NCBI GenBank assembly: GCA_963718915.1
Contig: CAVRAI010000013.1
Location: forward strand, 60,001-92,000
From: an uncultured Chloroflexia bacterium
GTDB lineage: Bacteria > Chloroflexota > Ktedonobacteria > Ktedonobacterales > JADMIN01
Reading direction: 5' to 3'
Length of the DNA stretch: 32,000 nt
The notes under the pieces: generated by a model
What the model was told of the DNA's origin: nothing
Seen by the model: the letters and a program-made list of their open reading frames with translations, nothing else
The model's database searches: none
Made by a program: the position numbers and the translations under genes
Shown: positions 10,782-20,313 of the stretch, in pieces
Position numbering within the stretch: position 1 is the first letter of the stretch
Layout of the letters: every line of letters starts with the position of its first letter

Positions 10782-11110
10782 CGCCAAGAGCGCCAGCGGA
10801 CATGGCAGTGCGAGCCGGACAGAGCGAAGAAGCGGCGGGGAGAGAAGGCGCACAACGATGACTGTATGAGACGACTTCTTGCAGTTCGGTGATGCGTCGG
10901 GGGTGATCATCGAGGCGGTGTGGGAGCGTGTGCGCTATGCAGCGCAAACAAGCTGATGGGGACGTGGATGGTTACGCTGTAGCTTGGGGCAGATGGTCGG
11001 GACGGGGCAGAAGGGTGGACATCGTGACAGCGGTGTGACATTGCTGTGGCATCATGCGGCAAGATGTGGGGCGGAGAAGGCGCGCCCCGGCGCGCAGAGG
11101 AGAAAGCATC

Positions 11111-11941
11111 ATGTCTACATCACATGGGAGCTCACATTCGGGTGCGGCAGGAACCAGCACGGTGACGCCCATCGAGATCGCCTATCCAGACGCCAGTGAT
11201 CTGCATGTGCGCATCGCGGAGGGCGCCTGCCGCCTCAAGATCGCGCCCGGAGCGAGCGATGCATGGATCAGTGGGACACAGCGCGACCCATCTGGTCTGC
11301 GTCCGCTCCAGGTGAGTCAGCAAGGCGGCGCAGTCACGCTCACCGAGCAGCCGAGTACATCAAGTATGTGGGATTGGCTACGTTCCGGCCATGGCATCCC
11401 CGATGTTCCCCTCATTGAGTTGGCGTTTGGGAAGGCGCGGCCGTTCCGCCTGACGGTCGAGATCGGCGCGAGCGAGAACCAGCTTGACCTGGGCGGCGTT
11501 CCCCTCAGCCGGTTGGCGCTCCGGCATGGCGCGGGCAAGACGGTGCTCGACTTCTCCGCGCCCAATCCGCAGCCGATGACCCTGATGGAGATTGGCGCTG
11601 GGGCAGGGAGCACAGAACTGAGAAACCTGGCGAACGCGCATTGTGCTGAGTTGCTGATCGAGGGCGGGATGGCCTCCTACACGCTCGACTTCGGCGGGGT
11701 CTTGCGGCAGGACGCGCACGCGCGGATTACCGCTGCGCTCTCGTCCGTCGAAATCACAGTGCCAGCGTCCACTGCGGCCCGGATCGTTACGGAGTCGCAG
11801 CTGGGACACATCGAGCCGGGTAATGGGTTCACGATGAAGGAGGGCGCGTTTTGGACGCGCGCCGCGCTGGAGGGGCGGACGCCGACGCTGACGATAGCGG
11901 CGAATGTGACGATGGGTTCGTTGAGGCTGCGCACGTCATAG
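11111..11941 (+). CDS. beta-rich toastrack-like (DUF2154/DUF4097/LiaG-like) protein
   Basis: ATG at 11111 with GGAG 9-12 nt upstream. Repeated short strand motifs (LTVEIGASENQLDLGG, TLMEIGAGAGSTEL, ELLIEGGMASYTLDFGG, VEITVPAS, LTIAANVTMGSLRL) are typical of toastrack folds. The family call is from memory only. Confidence 0.5.
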   Translation: MSTSHGSSHSGAAGTSTVTPIEIAYPDASDLHVRIAEGACRLKIAPGASDAWISGTQRDPSGLRPLQVSQQGGAVTLTEQPSTSSMWDWLRSGHGIPDVPLIELAFGKARPFRLTVEIGASENQLDLGGVPLSRLALRHGAGKTVLDFSAPNPQPMTLMEIGAGAGSTELRNLANAHCAELLIEGGMASYTLDFGGVLRQDAHARITAALSSVEITVPASTAARIVTESQLGHIEPGNGFTMKEGAFWTRAALEGRTPTLTIAANVTMGSLRLRTS

Positions 11942-12212
11942 GCACGCTCCCCACATTTTCTTGTCGGCGTTCCTGACTGATCCTGTCTCACATCAGGAAA
12001 TGCTCAGGAGAGAGCGAGTGTTAGACTGCGCGCATCACTGGGTCGAGCAGCCGGGAGATGCCTATTCGTAGTGAGAGCGCCACTCTTTTTCCCCACCAGT
12101 TTGGTCACGAGATCGCGGGGGAGGAAGGCCAGGCAGCCCTCCACCGCGTCGTCGTGTTCATCGGTCACTCCACCACACTGTCTTCGTCACCGCTCTGAGA
12201 GGGAGGCATACT

Positions 12213-12791
12213 GTGTTCAATGACCCCTTCCAGTGGTTTCCAAACGCTCTCATCAGCAATGTATTCGCGGTGCTCGTTCTCGGTCTCTTCCTCCTTGACG
12301 CCACCTTGCAATATCGAGGCGCCCGACAGCGAACTGGGCCCGCCCGACAGCGGTCAGACGCGGGATCGCTGCTGGTGGTGAACGGCTCGGCCGTGCTCTC
12401 ACTCGTCATCGCTGGTGGATGCCGCTATGCCGGGCTGGGTGTCGTGACCGGCTGGGTGCAATATGTCGGGATGGTTGGGATGGCGCTCGCCGCAGTGTTG
12501 CGAGAGTGGTCGGTGCTGACGTTAGGCGCCTTTTTTTCAAATGTAGTTGAGATCGAGCAGGGACACCAACTCATTACCACCGGCCCGTACCGGTGGCTGC
12601 GGCATCCAGCGTACACCGGTCTGTTGGTGTTCTTCACGGCGGCTGCGCTGGCGCTGGGAACCTGGATCGGAGCCGTGATCGCGTTTGTCCTGATACTGCT
12701 CGCTCTGCGCTATCGTATTGGGATTGAGGAGCGACTGCTGGCAGAGACGTTTGGGAGCGCCTATCAAGCGTATGCCGGGCGGACGTGGTGA
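12213..12791 (+). CDS. isoprenylcysteine carboxyl methyltransferase (ICMT)/PEMT-family membrane methyltransferase
   Basis: Motif LITTGPYRWLRHPAYTGLL plus multiple TM helices. GTG start with GGGAGG 7 nt upstream. Confidence 0.8.
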   Translation: MFNDPFQWFPNALISNVFAVLVLGLFLLDATLQYRGARQRTGPARQRSDAGSLLVVNGSAVLSLVIAGGCRYAGLGVVTGWVQYVGMVGMALAAVLREWSVLTLGAFFSNVVEIEQGHQLITTGPYRWLRHPAYTGLLVFFTAAALALGTWIGAVIAFVLILLALRYRIGIEERLLAETFGSAYQAYAGRTW

Positions 12792-13000
12792 CTCTTCCCA
12801 GGGTGGTGAGCGCAGACAGCATTTCTCGTGGGAGCAGGTGATGGTGGAGCAGGGGCGAGACGTGAGCCAAGTGTGAGGCCAGCGAGGCGATTCGTGCGCC
12901 TGCCGTGAGGCTGCTGGTTTAGACTGCATGCGGGGCAAGTAGAGCGCCCCGTGGGAGGATCACCACTTGCCCGCGTATCAGGGATAAGGAAGGTAGCGCC

Positions 13001-13369
13001 ATGTTGAGCTACTGGTTCCCGACGCCTCTGGCGGCATGGGCGCCGCTCGTGCTGGCTATCGGCTTCGCTCTCCTGGCCGTGTTTGCGGTGGCGGCGACGG
13101 TGGTACGGCAGGCTGAGGAGCGGGATGCGAATACCATCGCGATGTTGTATGGGTTTGGCTTCGGCCTGGCTGCGCTGTCTGAGTTGTTGATGTACCTGGA
13201 TGTCGCGTTCGGGTGGTCGCTGGCCACCGCCTTCGCCATCTCGGCAACTGTCGCGCCGTACATCGCGATTGCGGCGGCGGGTGTTGCTGTTCTCGCGATT
13301 GTGGTTGCGGTGATCTTGCAGTTCCGGGAGGAGGGCGCGTATCGTGCGACGCATGGCTACGCCCAGTGA
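13001..13369 (+). CDS. small hypothetical membrane protein
   Basis: 122-aa ORF, ATG preceded by AAGGAAGG, with four hydrophobic segments. Confidence 0.5.
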   Translation: MLSYWFPTPLAAWAPLVLAIGFALLAVFAVAATVVRQAEERDANTIAMLYGFGFGLAALSELLMYLDVAFGWSLATAFAISATVAPYIAIAAAGVAVLAIVVAVILQFREEGAYRATHGYAQ

Positions 13370-13636
13370 TCGCCATGGATCGGCGCGATTGCCATGGATC
13401 ACCATGTCAGGTAACAGCGGAGGATCGGCTCGTCTGAGTCGATCCTTTGTCGTGCTGTGGTATTGTAGCCACCGCTCCATCGACCACTGACCGCAGGGAA
13501 CATGTCATGTGTCGGCCAAATGGTTCCTGGTGGATCATGGTTCATCGCTTACGGACGGTTTACCCCTACGGAGTGGGGACAGCCCGCAGGGGGCGCTCAT
13601 CCTCGGTGATTGTGGCCAGATCAAGGCGGCGCAGTT

Positions 13637-13752
13637 TGTTTCAACTCGCATCCGGCGCTGAGGCCGGATGCGAGTTGACAGTGAGCATGGAGACAGGCGA
13701 GACACTAGGTTTCAACGCTCACCCGGCGCTGAGGCCGGATGCACAATTGAGA
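13637..13752 (+). repeat. two ~44-nt direct repeats beginning GTTTCAAC, spaced 71 nt apart, with a possible degenerate third copy at ~13786-13822. Copy 1 is a 16-bp perfect hairpin
   Basis: Copy 1 is GTTTCAACTCGCATCCGGCGCTGAGGCCGGATGCGAGTTGACAG (stem 13641-13656 / 13663-13678). Copy 2 is GTTTCAACGCTCACCCGGCGCTGAGGCCGGATGCACAATTGAGAC. They share a 20-nt identical core CCGGCGCTGAGGCCGGATGC. Confidence 0.6.
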
Positions 13753-14036
13753 CCTGGGCAGCGATGCTCGGCCCGAAGTAGACGTCGTATCAAACCGCGC
13801 ATTGTGCGCTGGGTATCATGCCTGATGACGCTTGAAATGGCATAACCCAGCCTGTATACTGGTGCGGCGAGCGCCTGGGGGAGATGACTGCAAAGGCGCT
13901 TCACACCGAATCAGCGCGCGTTTGTAGACACTATCTTCCCAAGATGAGGGACCTGGCGTAAGCGATTGATGAAGTCTTTTGTTTGGCAGCATTGCTGGCG
14001 TGAGACGGTTATACATGGGTACGAGAGGTTACTCCG

Positions 14037-14939
14037 TTGCGAGAGACGATGAACAACCTCCTGGTGGTTGAATTTCATGAGGCAACGAAGGCTGAAGGCT
14101 TCCTTGCCCTGCTTCGCGAACTCCACCGTCAAGGCGGCGTAGAACTGACGAAGTATGCCATCATTAGGACCAACGCACGGCAACAACCGGATATTTCGAT
14201 ACGAGAAGTGATGCCGCCATACCTAAAGGCGTTGATGCTTGCCGGGTTACTTGGGGTCATGTCTGGGCTCAATTTGGCCATATTCGCCGAGGCCATACCG
14301 TTCATTGGACAGGCGTTACACGGCAATATCATTGAGTGGGCAGGTTCTCAGGGATTAGATCAAGGCCTGGTGGTCATCGCGCTGGCTATTCTTGCCGGGA
14401 CATCTACCTCAATGTTGGGTGTCGGGCGCAACTACATTGGCGACATATTGGGCAAGGTTGTTACTCGAGTCACCCACCAGAAGCGCCCCTCCGGCCCGAA
14501 GACATTCTGGGGCAAGCTACTGCTTGCCGCTCTCGTCGGTTCAGTAGTAGCTATCCTGTATTTGCTCTACACCACGATCAAGAGTCTCATTATTGAGCAG
14601 GTGTTGCCTTATCCCACTCCGACGCCTAGCTGGGGCTGGCTTGTAGCGATCGCCATTGCCGGACCCGCATCCTTGGGGATAGTGTTTCTGCTGGCTGAGG
14701 GCGCTCGTGATTTTGGGTGGTGGATTGGCGGACGATTTGCGCTCACCAAAAGGGACCTGCTTCAGGAAACGTCGCTCCTAAGCGTCGGAACGACTACAGT
14801 AGCAGTACGAATGCTCATCCGTAACACAGAGGCAGCGGAATCCGTTCGTGACCTTCTCTCAGGCGGCAAAATCATCGTGTTGCGCTTCCCGGTCGAGATT
14901 GGGAAGGCGCTCATCGCTCAGACTCAGGCAACGCTCTAA
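14037..14939 (+). CDS. membrane protein with DUF1269-like soluble N- and C-terminal segments; lies in a lower-GC segment
   Basis: 300-aa ORF (probable ATG at 14049). NLLVVEFHEATKAEGFLALLRELHRQGGVELTKYAIIR resembles the DUF1269 N-terminal pattern. The middle is rich in Gly/Ala TM helices. Confidence 0.55.
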   Translation: MRETMNNLLVVEFHEATKAEGFLALLRELHRQGGVELTKYAIIRTNARQQPDISIREVMPPYLKALMLAGLLGVMSGLNLAIFAEAIPFIGQALHGNIIEWAGSQGLDQGLVVIALAILAGTSTSMLGVGRNYIGDILGKVVTRVTHQKRPSGPKTFWGKLLLAALVGSVVAILYLLYTTIKSLIIEQVLPYPTPTPSWGWLVAIAIAGPASLGIVFLLAEGARDFGWWIGGRFALTKRDLLQETSLLSVGTTTVAVRMLIRNTEAAESVRDLLSGGKIIVLRFPVEIGKALIAQTQATL

Positions 14940-15080
14940 GCATTGCTCGCATATCATTCACGCCTCCCGCTTGCTGGTCTGCACGTTCTCGCCACGTCAA
15001 ATTTCGGCAGACGTCCATTCCAGAATGATCGGGCCTTGAGCTATTGGTTGTATGTATTGTCGTTGTATTACGCGGTAGGA

Positions 15081-15281
15081 TCAATATTCCCAGGTGTCGT
15101 GGGCCAGGGGCGCCTGGTTTAGCTCGTCGCGGTAGAGACGCCATTGGGGCATGTGACTGTCCATGTGGGCGGTGAAGCGGTTGTTATGGTGGCGTTCGAG
15201 GAGATGCGTCAGGTCGTGGGCGATGATGTACTCCAGGCAGTGGGTGGGCTTCTTGGTCAGCTGAAGGTTGGGCCAGATGCG
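15081..15281 (-). pseudogene. C-terminal fragment (66 aa) of a DUF45/YgjP-like metal-dependent hydrolase, truncated next to the array trailer
   Basis: The minus-strand translation is RIWPNLQLTKKPTHCLEYIIAHDLTHLLERHHNNRFTAHMDSHMPQWRLYRDELNQAPLAHDTWEY*. It is preceded by an in-frame TAG at 15282-15284, and there is no upstream homology before the first CRISPR repeat at 15362. Confidence 0.6.
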
Positions 15282-15361
15282 CTACGCAGTCAGCGCTTCC
15301 ACCAGTTCATTCCCATCAGCGTAAGGGCTGCGACGGCAATGCCTGCTGCTAGCGTGTACAC

Positions 15362-18300
15362 CTTTCAGTACCCTCGGTCGGGTCGTGATGGTTGAAACGC
15401 CGTGTGCCTGAGCGTGACGAGGCGCTGACGATTGCCCTTTCAGTACCCTCGGTCGGGTCGTGATGGTTGAAACGGCGCAGCGTCACCGACTGCACACCAG
15501 CGACGAGAACTTTCAGTACCCTCGGTCGGGTCGTGATGGTTGAAACGCCAGCTACGCGCCGCGCAAGAGTGGCAGCGTGCGTCTTTCAGTACCCTCGGTC
15601 GGGTCGTGATGGTTGAAACGGCAACGTGCGCACTGCGTCATGGACTAGTGGCATACACTTTCAGTACCCTCGGTCGGGTCGTGATGGTTGAAACTGCGAC
15701 GCCGCACGTCGAGCTCGTCGACCACGGTGTCTTTCAGTACCCTCGGTCGGGTCGTGATGGTTGAAACGCAGCGGCTATGCAGCGTGCGAGCGAGCGCAAC
15801 GATACTCTTTCAGTACCCTCGGTCGGGTCGTGATGGTTGAAACGCGCATGAGTGCCACTCGCGAGCTTCGCTGCAATCAGCCTTTCAGTACCCTCGGTCG
15901 GGTCGTGATGGTTGAAACGCGCATCGCATGCGCTGCAGGCTCGGCCGTCGAAGCTCTTTCAGTACCCTCGGTCGGGTCGTGATGGTTGAAACACTGGACT
16001 CGACGGCGCTGCTGATCGACGCATGCCGACCTTTCAGTACCCTCGGTCGGGTCGTGATGGTTGAAACATCCTGGTCGATACGCGTGCGTGGCATCAGCGT
16101 CGACTCTTTCAGTACCCTCGGTCGGGTCGTGATGGTTGAAACCGCGATTCGACGGCGCATGCCGCTGTCCAGTCCGTCTTTCAGTACCCTCGGTCGGGTC
16201 GTGATGGTTGAAACGCGCCTGGCGATCGCCGGTGCCGTCGATGTGCCAGTCCTTTCAGTACCCTCGGTCGGGTCGTGATGGTTGAAACACTCAGGCTGAT
16301 GCAGCGCCACCGCTCACGCTACGAGCTTTCAGTACCCTCGGTCGGGTCGTGATGGTTGAAACGATAGCGCCGTTGCAGTCGCTCGGTCTCAGCTGACATG
16401 CTTTCAGTACCCTCGGTCGGGTCGTGATGGTTGAAACGGGGATGTTCAGTTCACACGCTAAATCCCCATGTTGGCTCTTTCAGTACCCTCGGTCGGGTCG
16501 TGATGGTTGAAACGGCCGCGTGATACTCCGCTCGCCACGATACCAGCCCTTTCAGTACCCTCGGTCGGGTCGTGATGGTTGAAACCTGAGCATGCTGTAC
16601 CTCCAGAATCGTCGGCGTCCCTCTTTCAGTACCCTCGGTCGGGTCGTGATGGTTGAAACCTGGTCTGGCGTCAGTGCATCCGTGCAGTATACTGGCCTCT
16701 TTCAGTACCCTCGGTCGGGTCGTGATGGTTGAAACTGATCGGCGTCGGTCGATGTACACTGATGTACGGGTACCTTTCAGTACCCTCGGTCGGGTCGTGA
16801 TGGTTGAAACACCTGTCGGACGCGGCCGTCACGGTCAGCGGCGGCGATTCTTTCAGTACCCTCGGTCGGGTCGTGATGGTTGAAACGCAGCGTGTTGACC
16901 AGCGTAGAGCGCAACGGCATGGCCTTTCAGTACCCTCGGTCGGGTCGTGATGGTTGAAACGCGCCTGGCATCACGGCGTACCAGCGGCAGACATAACCTT
17001 TCAGTACCCTCGGTCGGGTCGTGATGGTTGAAACACTGCCACAACGGCGGTAGCGCAAGTGAGTCAGGTCACTTTCAGTACCCTCGGTCGGGTCGTGATG
17101 GTTGAAACCCAGCGCCATCGCGCAGGCCGCAGACGCACCAGTCTTTCAGTACCCTCGGTCGGGTCGTGATGGTTGAAACGCGATAGCGCCGCCGAGCTGC
17201 CGTCACGTGCGCAGACCTTTCAGTACCCTCGGTCGGGTCGTGATGGTTGAAACCGCCAGCCATCCAGGCTCGCAGCGCTGTCATGCGCACTTTCAGTACC
17301 CTCGGTCGGGTCGTGATGGTTGAAACTCGCAGTCCAAGCGCGGCTGCAGTCATGCGCAGCATCTCTTTCAGTACCCTCGGTCGGGTCGTGATGGTTGAAA
17401 CGCGATTGCTCAGCCGTTGCGCCGCTGCTAGCAGTCGCACTTTCAGTACCCTCGGTCGGGTCGTGATGGTTGAAACGCACGCACGCGATCAGCGCCAGGT
17501 CTTCACTCATCTCTTTCAGTACCCTCGGTCGGGTCGTGATGGTTGAAACGCGCGTAGCCGTCGACCGATGCAGTCGTCGCGCTGTCATCTTTCAGTACCC
17601 TCGGTCGGGTCGTGATGGTTGAAACGTCCATGCAGAAGCGTGCCGCGACGCTAGTCGCGCAGTCTTTCAGTACCCTCGGTCGGGTCGTGATGGTTGAAAC
17701 GTCGGCGCGGCGTCTGGCAGCACGTCTGCGACTGCAGCTTTCAGTACCCTCGGTCGGGTCGTGATGGTTGAAACCTGCAGCCTGCTGGCGATCGCTCGGA
17801 GCCTGATCGAACTTTCAGTACCCTCGGTCGGGTCGTGATGGTTGAAACCGACAGCTGCGCCACTGCGCACGATGCGCATGGACCTCTTTCAGTACCCTCG
17901 GTCGGGTCGTGATGGTTGAAACGTCGTACATCGGCGAGCATCTGGCCCGTCTACGGATACCTTTCAGTACCCTCGGTCGGGTCGTGATGGTTGAAACCGC
18001 GTGCACCGTGCGAATCTGTGCGTCGTACGCATGCTTTCAGTACCCTCGGTCGGGTCGTGATGGTTGAAACGCGCTACAGTCGGCGGCTGGCGCCGATCGC
18101 ACTGGGATCTTTCAGTACCCTCGGTCGGGTCGTGATGGTTGAAACACGATGCGCGTCATGCGTCATACGCGGCTCGTCGGTATCTTTCAGTACCCTCGGT
18201 CGGGTCGTGATGGTTGAAACGGCGACGATGCTGCGCATGCGCACTGGCGCTGCGAGTCGCCTTTCAGTACCCTCGGTCGGGTCGTGATGGTTGAAACGCT

Positions 18301-20008
18301 CGATGCTGCACCGTGCATGCGCGTCGTGATCTAGCCTTTCAGTACCCTCGGTCGGGTCGTGATGGTTGAAACCGGCTGATCTGCGCCAGCGCGTCTGGCA
18401 GCAGTCACTTTCAGTACCCTCGGTCGGGTCGTGATGGTTGAAACCGCCTGTCGCAGATGGCATTCCGCGCGCTGACGTCAATCTTTCAGTACCCTCGGTC
18501 GGGTCGTGATGGTTGAAACGCACGTCGTGCATGCGGCATGACGGCATAGCATCGATCTTTCAGTACCCTCGGTCGGGTCGTGATGGTTGAAACTGCGGAG
18601 CAGTTTCGTGGCCGACCGTGCGCACGATCTCTTTCAGTACCCTCGGTCGGGTCGTGATGGTTGAAACGTTGCGGCTTGCGGCTTCGCAGCGGTCGCGCAC
18701 GCATCTTTCAGTACCCTCGGTCGGGTCGTGATGGTTGAAACCGCTCAGCTTCGCGAGCTCTGCGTCGATGGCATGCCAGCCTTTCAGTACCCTCGGTCGG
18801 GTCGTGATGGTTGGAACACCGGATGCCGGCATGCGTCGGCATGCGACCTACACGTCTTTCAGTACCCTCGGTCGGGTCGTGATGGTTGAAACTATCGCAG
18901 TCGCCGGCAAGTGCATCACCGACCTACGGTCTTTCAGTACCCTCGGTCGGGTCGTGATGGTTGAAACCGTCGCGGTGACGCGACATGCGCGCATGCGTGC
19001 AGCATCTTTCAGTACCCTCGGTCGGGTCGTGATGGTTGAAACCGCTGCGCTACGTACCCCGCGACGCTACGTCGCGTACACTTTCAGTACCCTCGGTCGG
19101 GTCGTGATGGTTGGAACACGCTGACACCGCGAGCATGAGCCGCTGCATGGCGCTCTTTCAGTACCCTCGGTCGGGTCGTGATGGTTGAAACATCGAGCGG
19201 ATTACGCGCTAGTGTACGCCGATGCTCGTACTTTCAGTACCCTCGGTCGGGTCGTGATGGTTGAAACATAGCTGCGGCCTTGAGGCCAAACGCGCACAGA
19301 TGATCTTTCAGTACCCTCGGTCGGGTCGTGATGGTTGAAACGCGTGACGCAGGCTATCGACGTCGATGGCACGTGCGCTTTCAGTACCCTCGGTCGGGTC
19401 GTGATGGTTGAAACAGATGCGCGCTTGCGCGTACTCGTCGCACAGTGCTATCTTTCAGTACCCTCGGTCGGGTCGTGATGGTTGGAACCGACTGATAGCG
19501 GCTGTCACCGCCAGCGATCGTCTTTCAGTACCCTCGGTCGGGTCGTGATGGTTGAAACGCTCGGCAGTCGGCGCGGCTGACGCTGGCATGACGTCTTTCA
19601 GTACCCTCGGTCGGGTCGTGATGGTTGAAACGCACAGTGCTGCCACTTGCGGCCGCCATGCGTGACGATCTTTCAGTACCCTCGGTCGGGTCGTGATGGT
19701 TGAAACAGCTAGCGATCGCATGCCAGTGCACGCATGCAGCGTGCACTTTCAGTACCCTCGGTCGGGTCGTGATGGTTGAAACACGCGCGATCGGCGCGCT
19801 CAGCGTCGCGTCATGCTGATCTTTCAGTACCCTCGGTCGGGTCGTGATGGTTGAAACGCATCGCTCGACCTCTCGGCTGCAACTCGATCGCCGTATCTTT
19901 CAGTACCCTCGGTCGGGTCGTGATGGTTGAAACATACGGCGATGTCGGCACGCAGTGTCGCGCAGCTACGTCTTTCAGTACCCTCGGTCGGGTCGTGATG
20001 GTTGAAAC
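15362..20008 (-). CRISPR. CRISPR array: 63 repeats of 37 nt and 62 spacers of 33-40 nt; leader at the high-coordinate end
   Basis: The plus-strand repeat is CTTTCAGTACCCTCGGTCGGGTCGTGATGGTTGAAAC. I located all 63 start positions by hand (first 15362, last 19972; periods 70-77 nt). The minus-strand form GTTTCAAC...ACTGAAAG has the usual type I/III polarity, and the AT-rich leader adjoins cas4. Three repeats (18781, 19081, 19452) carry the same variant GGTTGGAAC. Confidence 0.98.
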
Positions 20009-20229
20009 CGCTTGTGGTGTGAGCTAGCCGCGCCGGATGTTTTCCTGCAGAATTGCTGTAAGGCGGTCTCTGCATTGTTATAACGATTCATTTTAAACCT
20101 TGCAACCGTCATCACCATACGGATTGATGCGCGCGTTCGCAAGTGTGATTTTGCTCCAAAACAGGGGACATTTGCGAATCTGCGTTTGCCGCAATCATGC
20201 GCTCTCGGGGGAGAGGAGACAGAAATCGA
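20009..20229 (-). promoter_or_regulatory. CRISPR leader with sigma70-like promoter: -35 TTGCAA (20105-20100), 17-nt spacer, -10 TATAAC (20082-20077)
   Basis: The minus strand reads TTGCAAggtttaaaatgaatcgtTATAAC about 65 nt upstream of the first repeat. It sits in the locally AT-rich sequence between cas4 and the array. Confidence 0.6.
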
Positions 20230-20257
20230 GGGGCATCTGTCACTCTCTGGATGCCCC
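20230..20257 (-). terminator. possible intrinsic terminator after cas4 (8-bp GC-rich stem, 12-nt loop, weak T tract)
   Basis: The minus strand reads GGGGCATCcagagagtgacaGATGCCCC followed by TCGATTTCTGTCTCC. The long loop and short T run make it weak. Confidence 0.35.
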
Positions 20258-20313
20258 CAAGGCGAGCATTTGCGAGCGTGCCTCATTCAGCGCCTGCAAA
20301 TGGGTAGAGCGCG

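Noticed and set aside
13371-13400. Short direct repeat GCCATGGATC occurring twice just after the 13001..13369 ORF
   Set aside because: It is only 10-11 nt with 19-nt spacing. It could arise by chance or be a small duplication, and I see no further structure.
13447-13845. 132-aa plus-strand ORF spanning the hairpin repeats
   Set aside because: It is Arg/Ser/Cys-rich and reads straight through two copies of a DNA repeat and a 16-bp palindrome. It has no RBS and no family resemblance.
15144-15395. 83-aa plus-strand ORF adjoining the first CRISPR repeat
   Set aside because: It is the antisense of the DUF45-like fragment and runs into the first repeat. It is not a gene.
15540-20075. About 30 ORFs in the track on both strands across the array, encoding reiterated peptides such as FSTLGRVVMVET, VSTITTRPRVLK and FNHHDPTEGTE
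   Set aside because: They are translations of the 37-nt CRISPR repeat in different frames. The periodic identical peptides separated by unique spacer-coded residues are an artefact, not genes.
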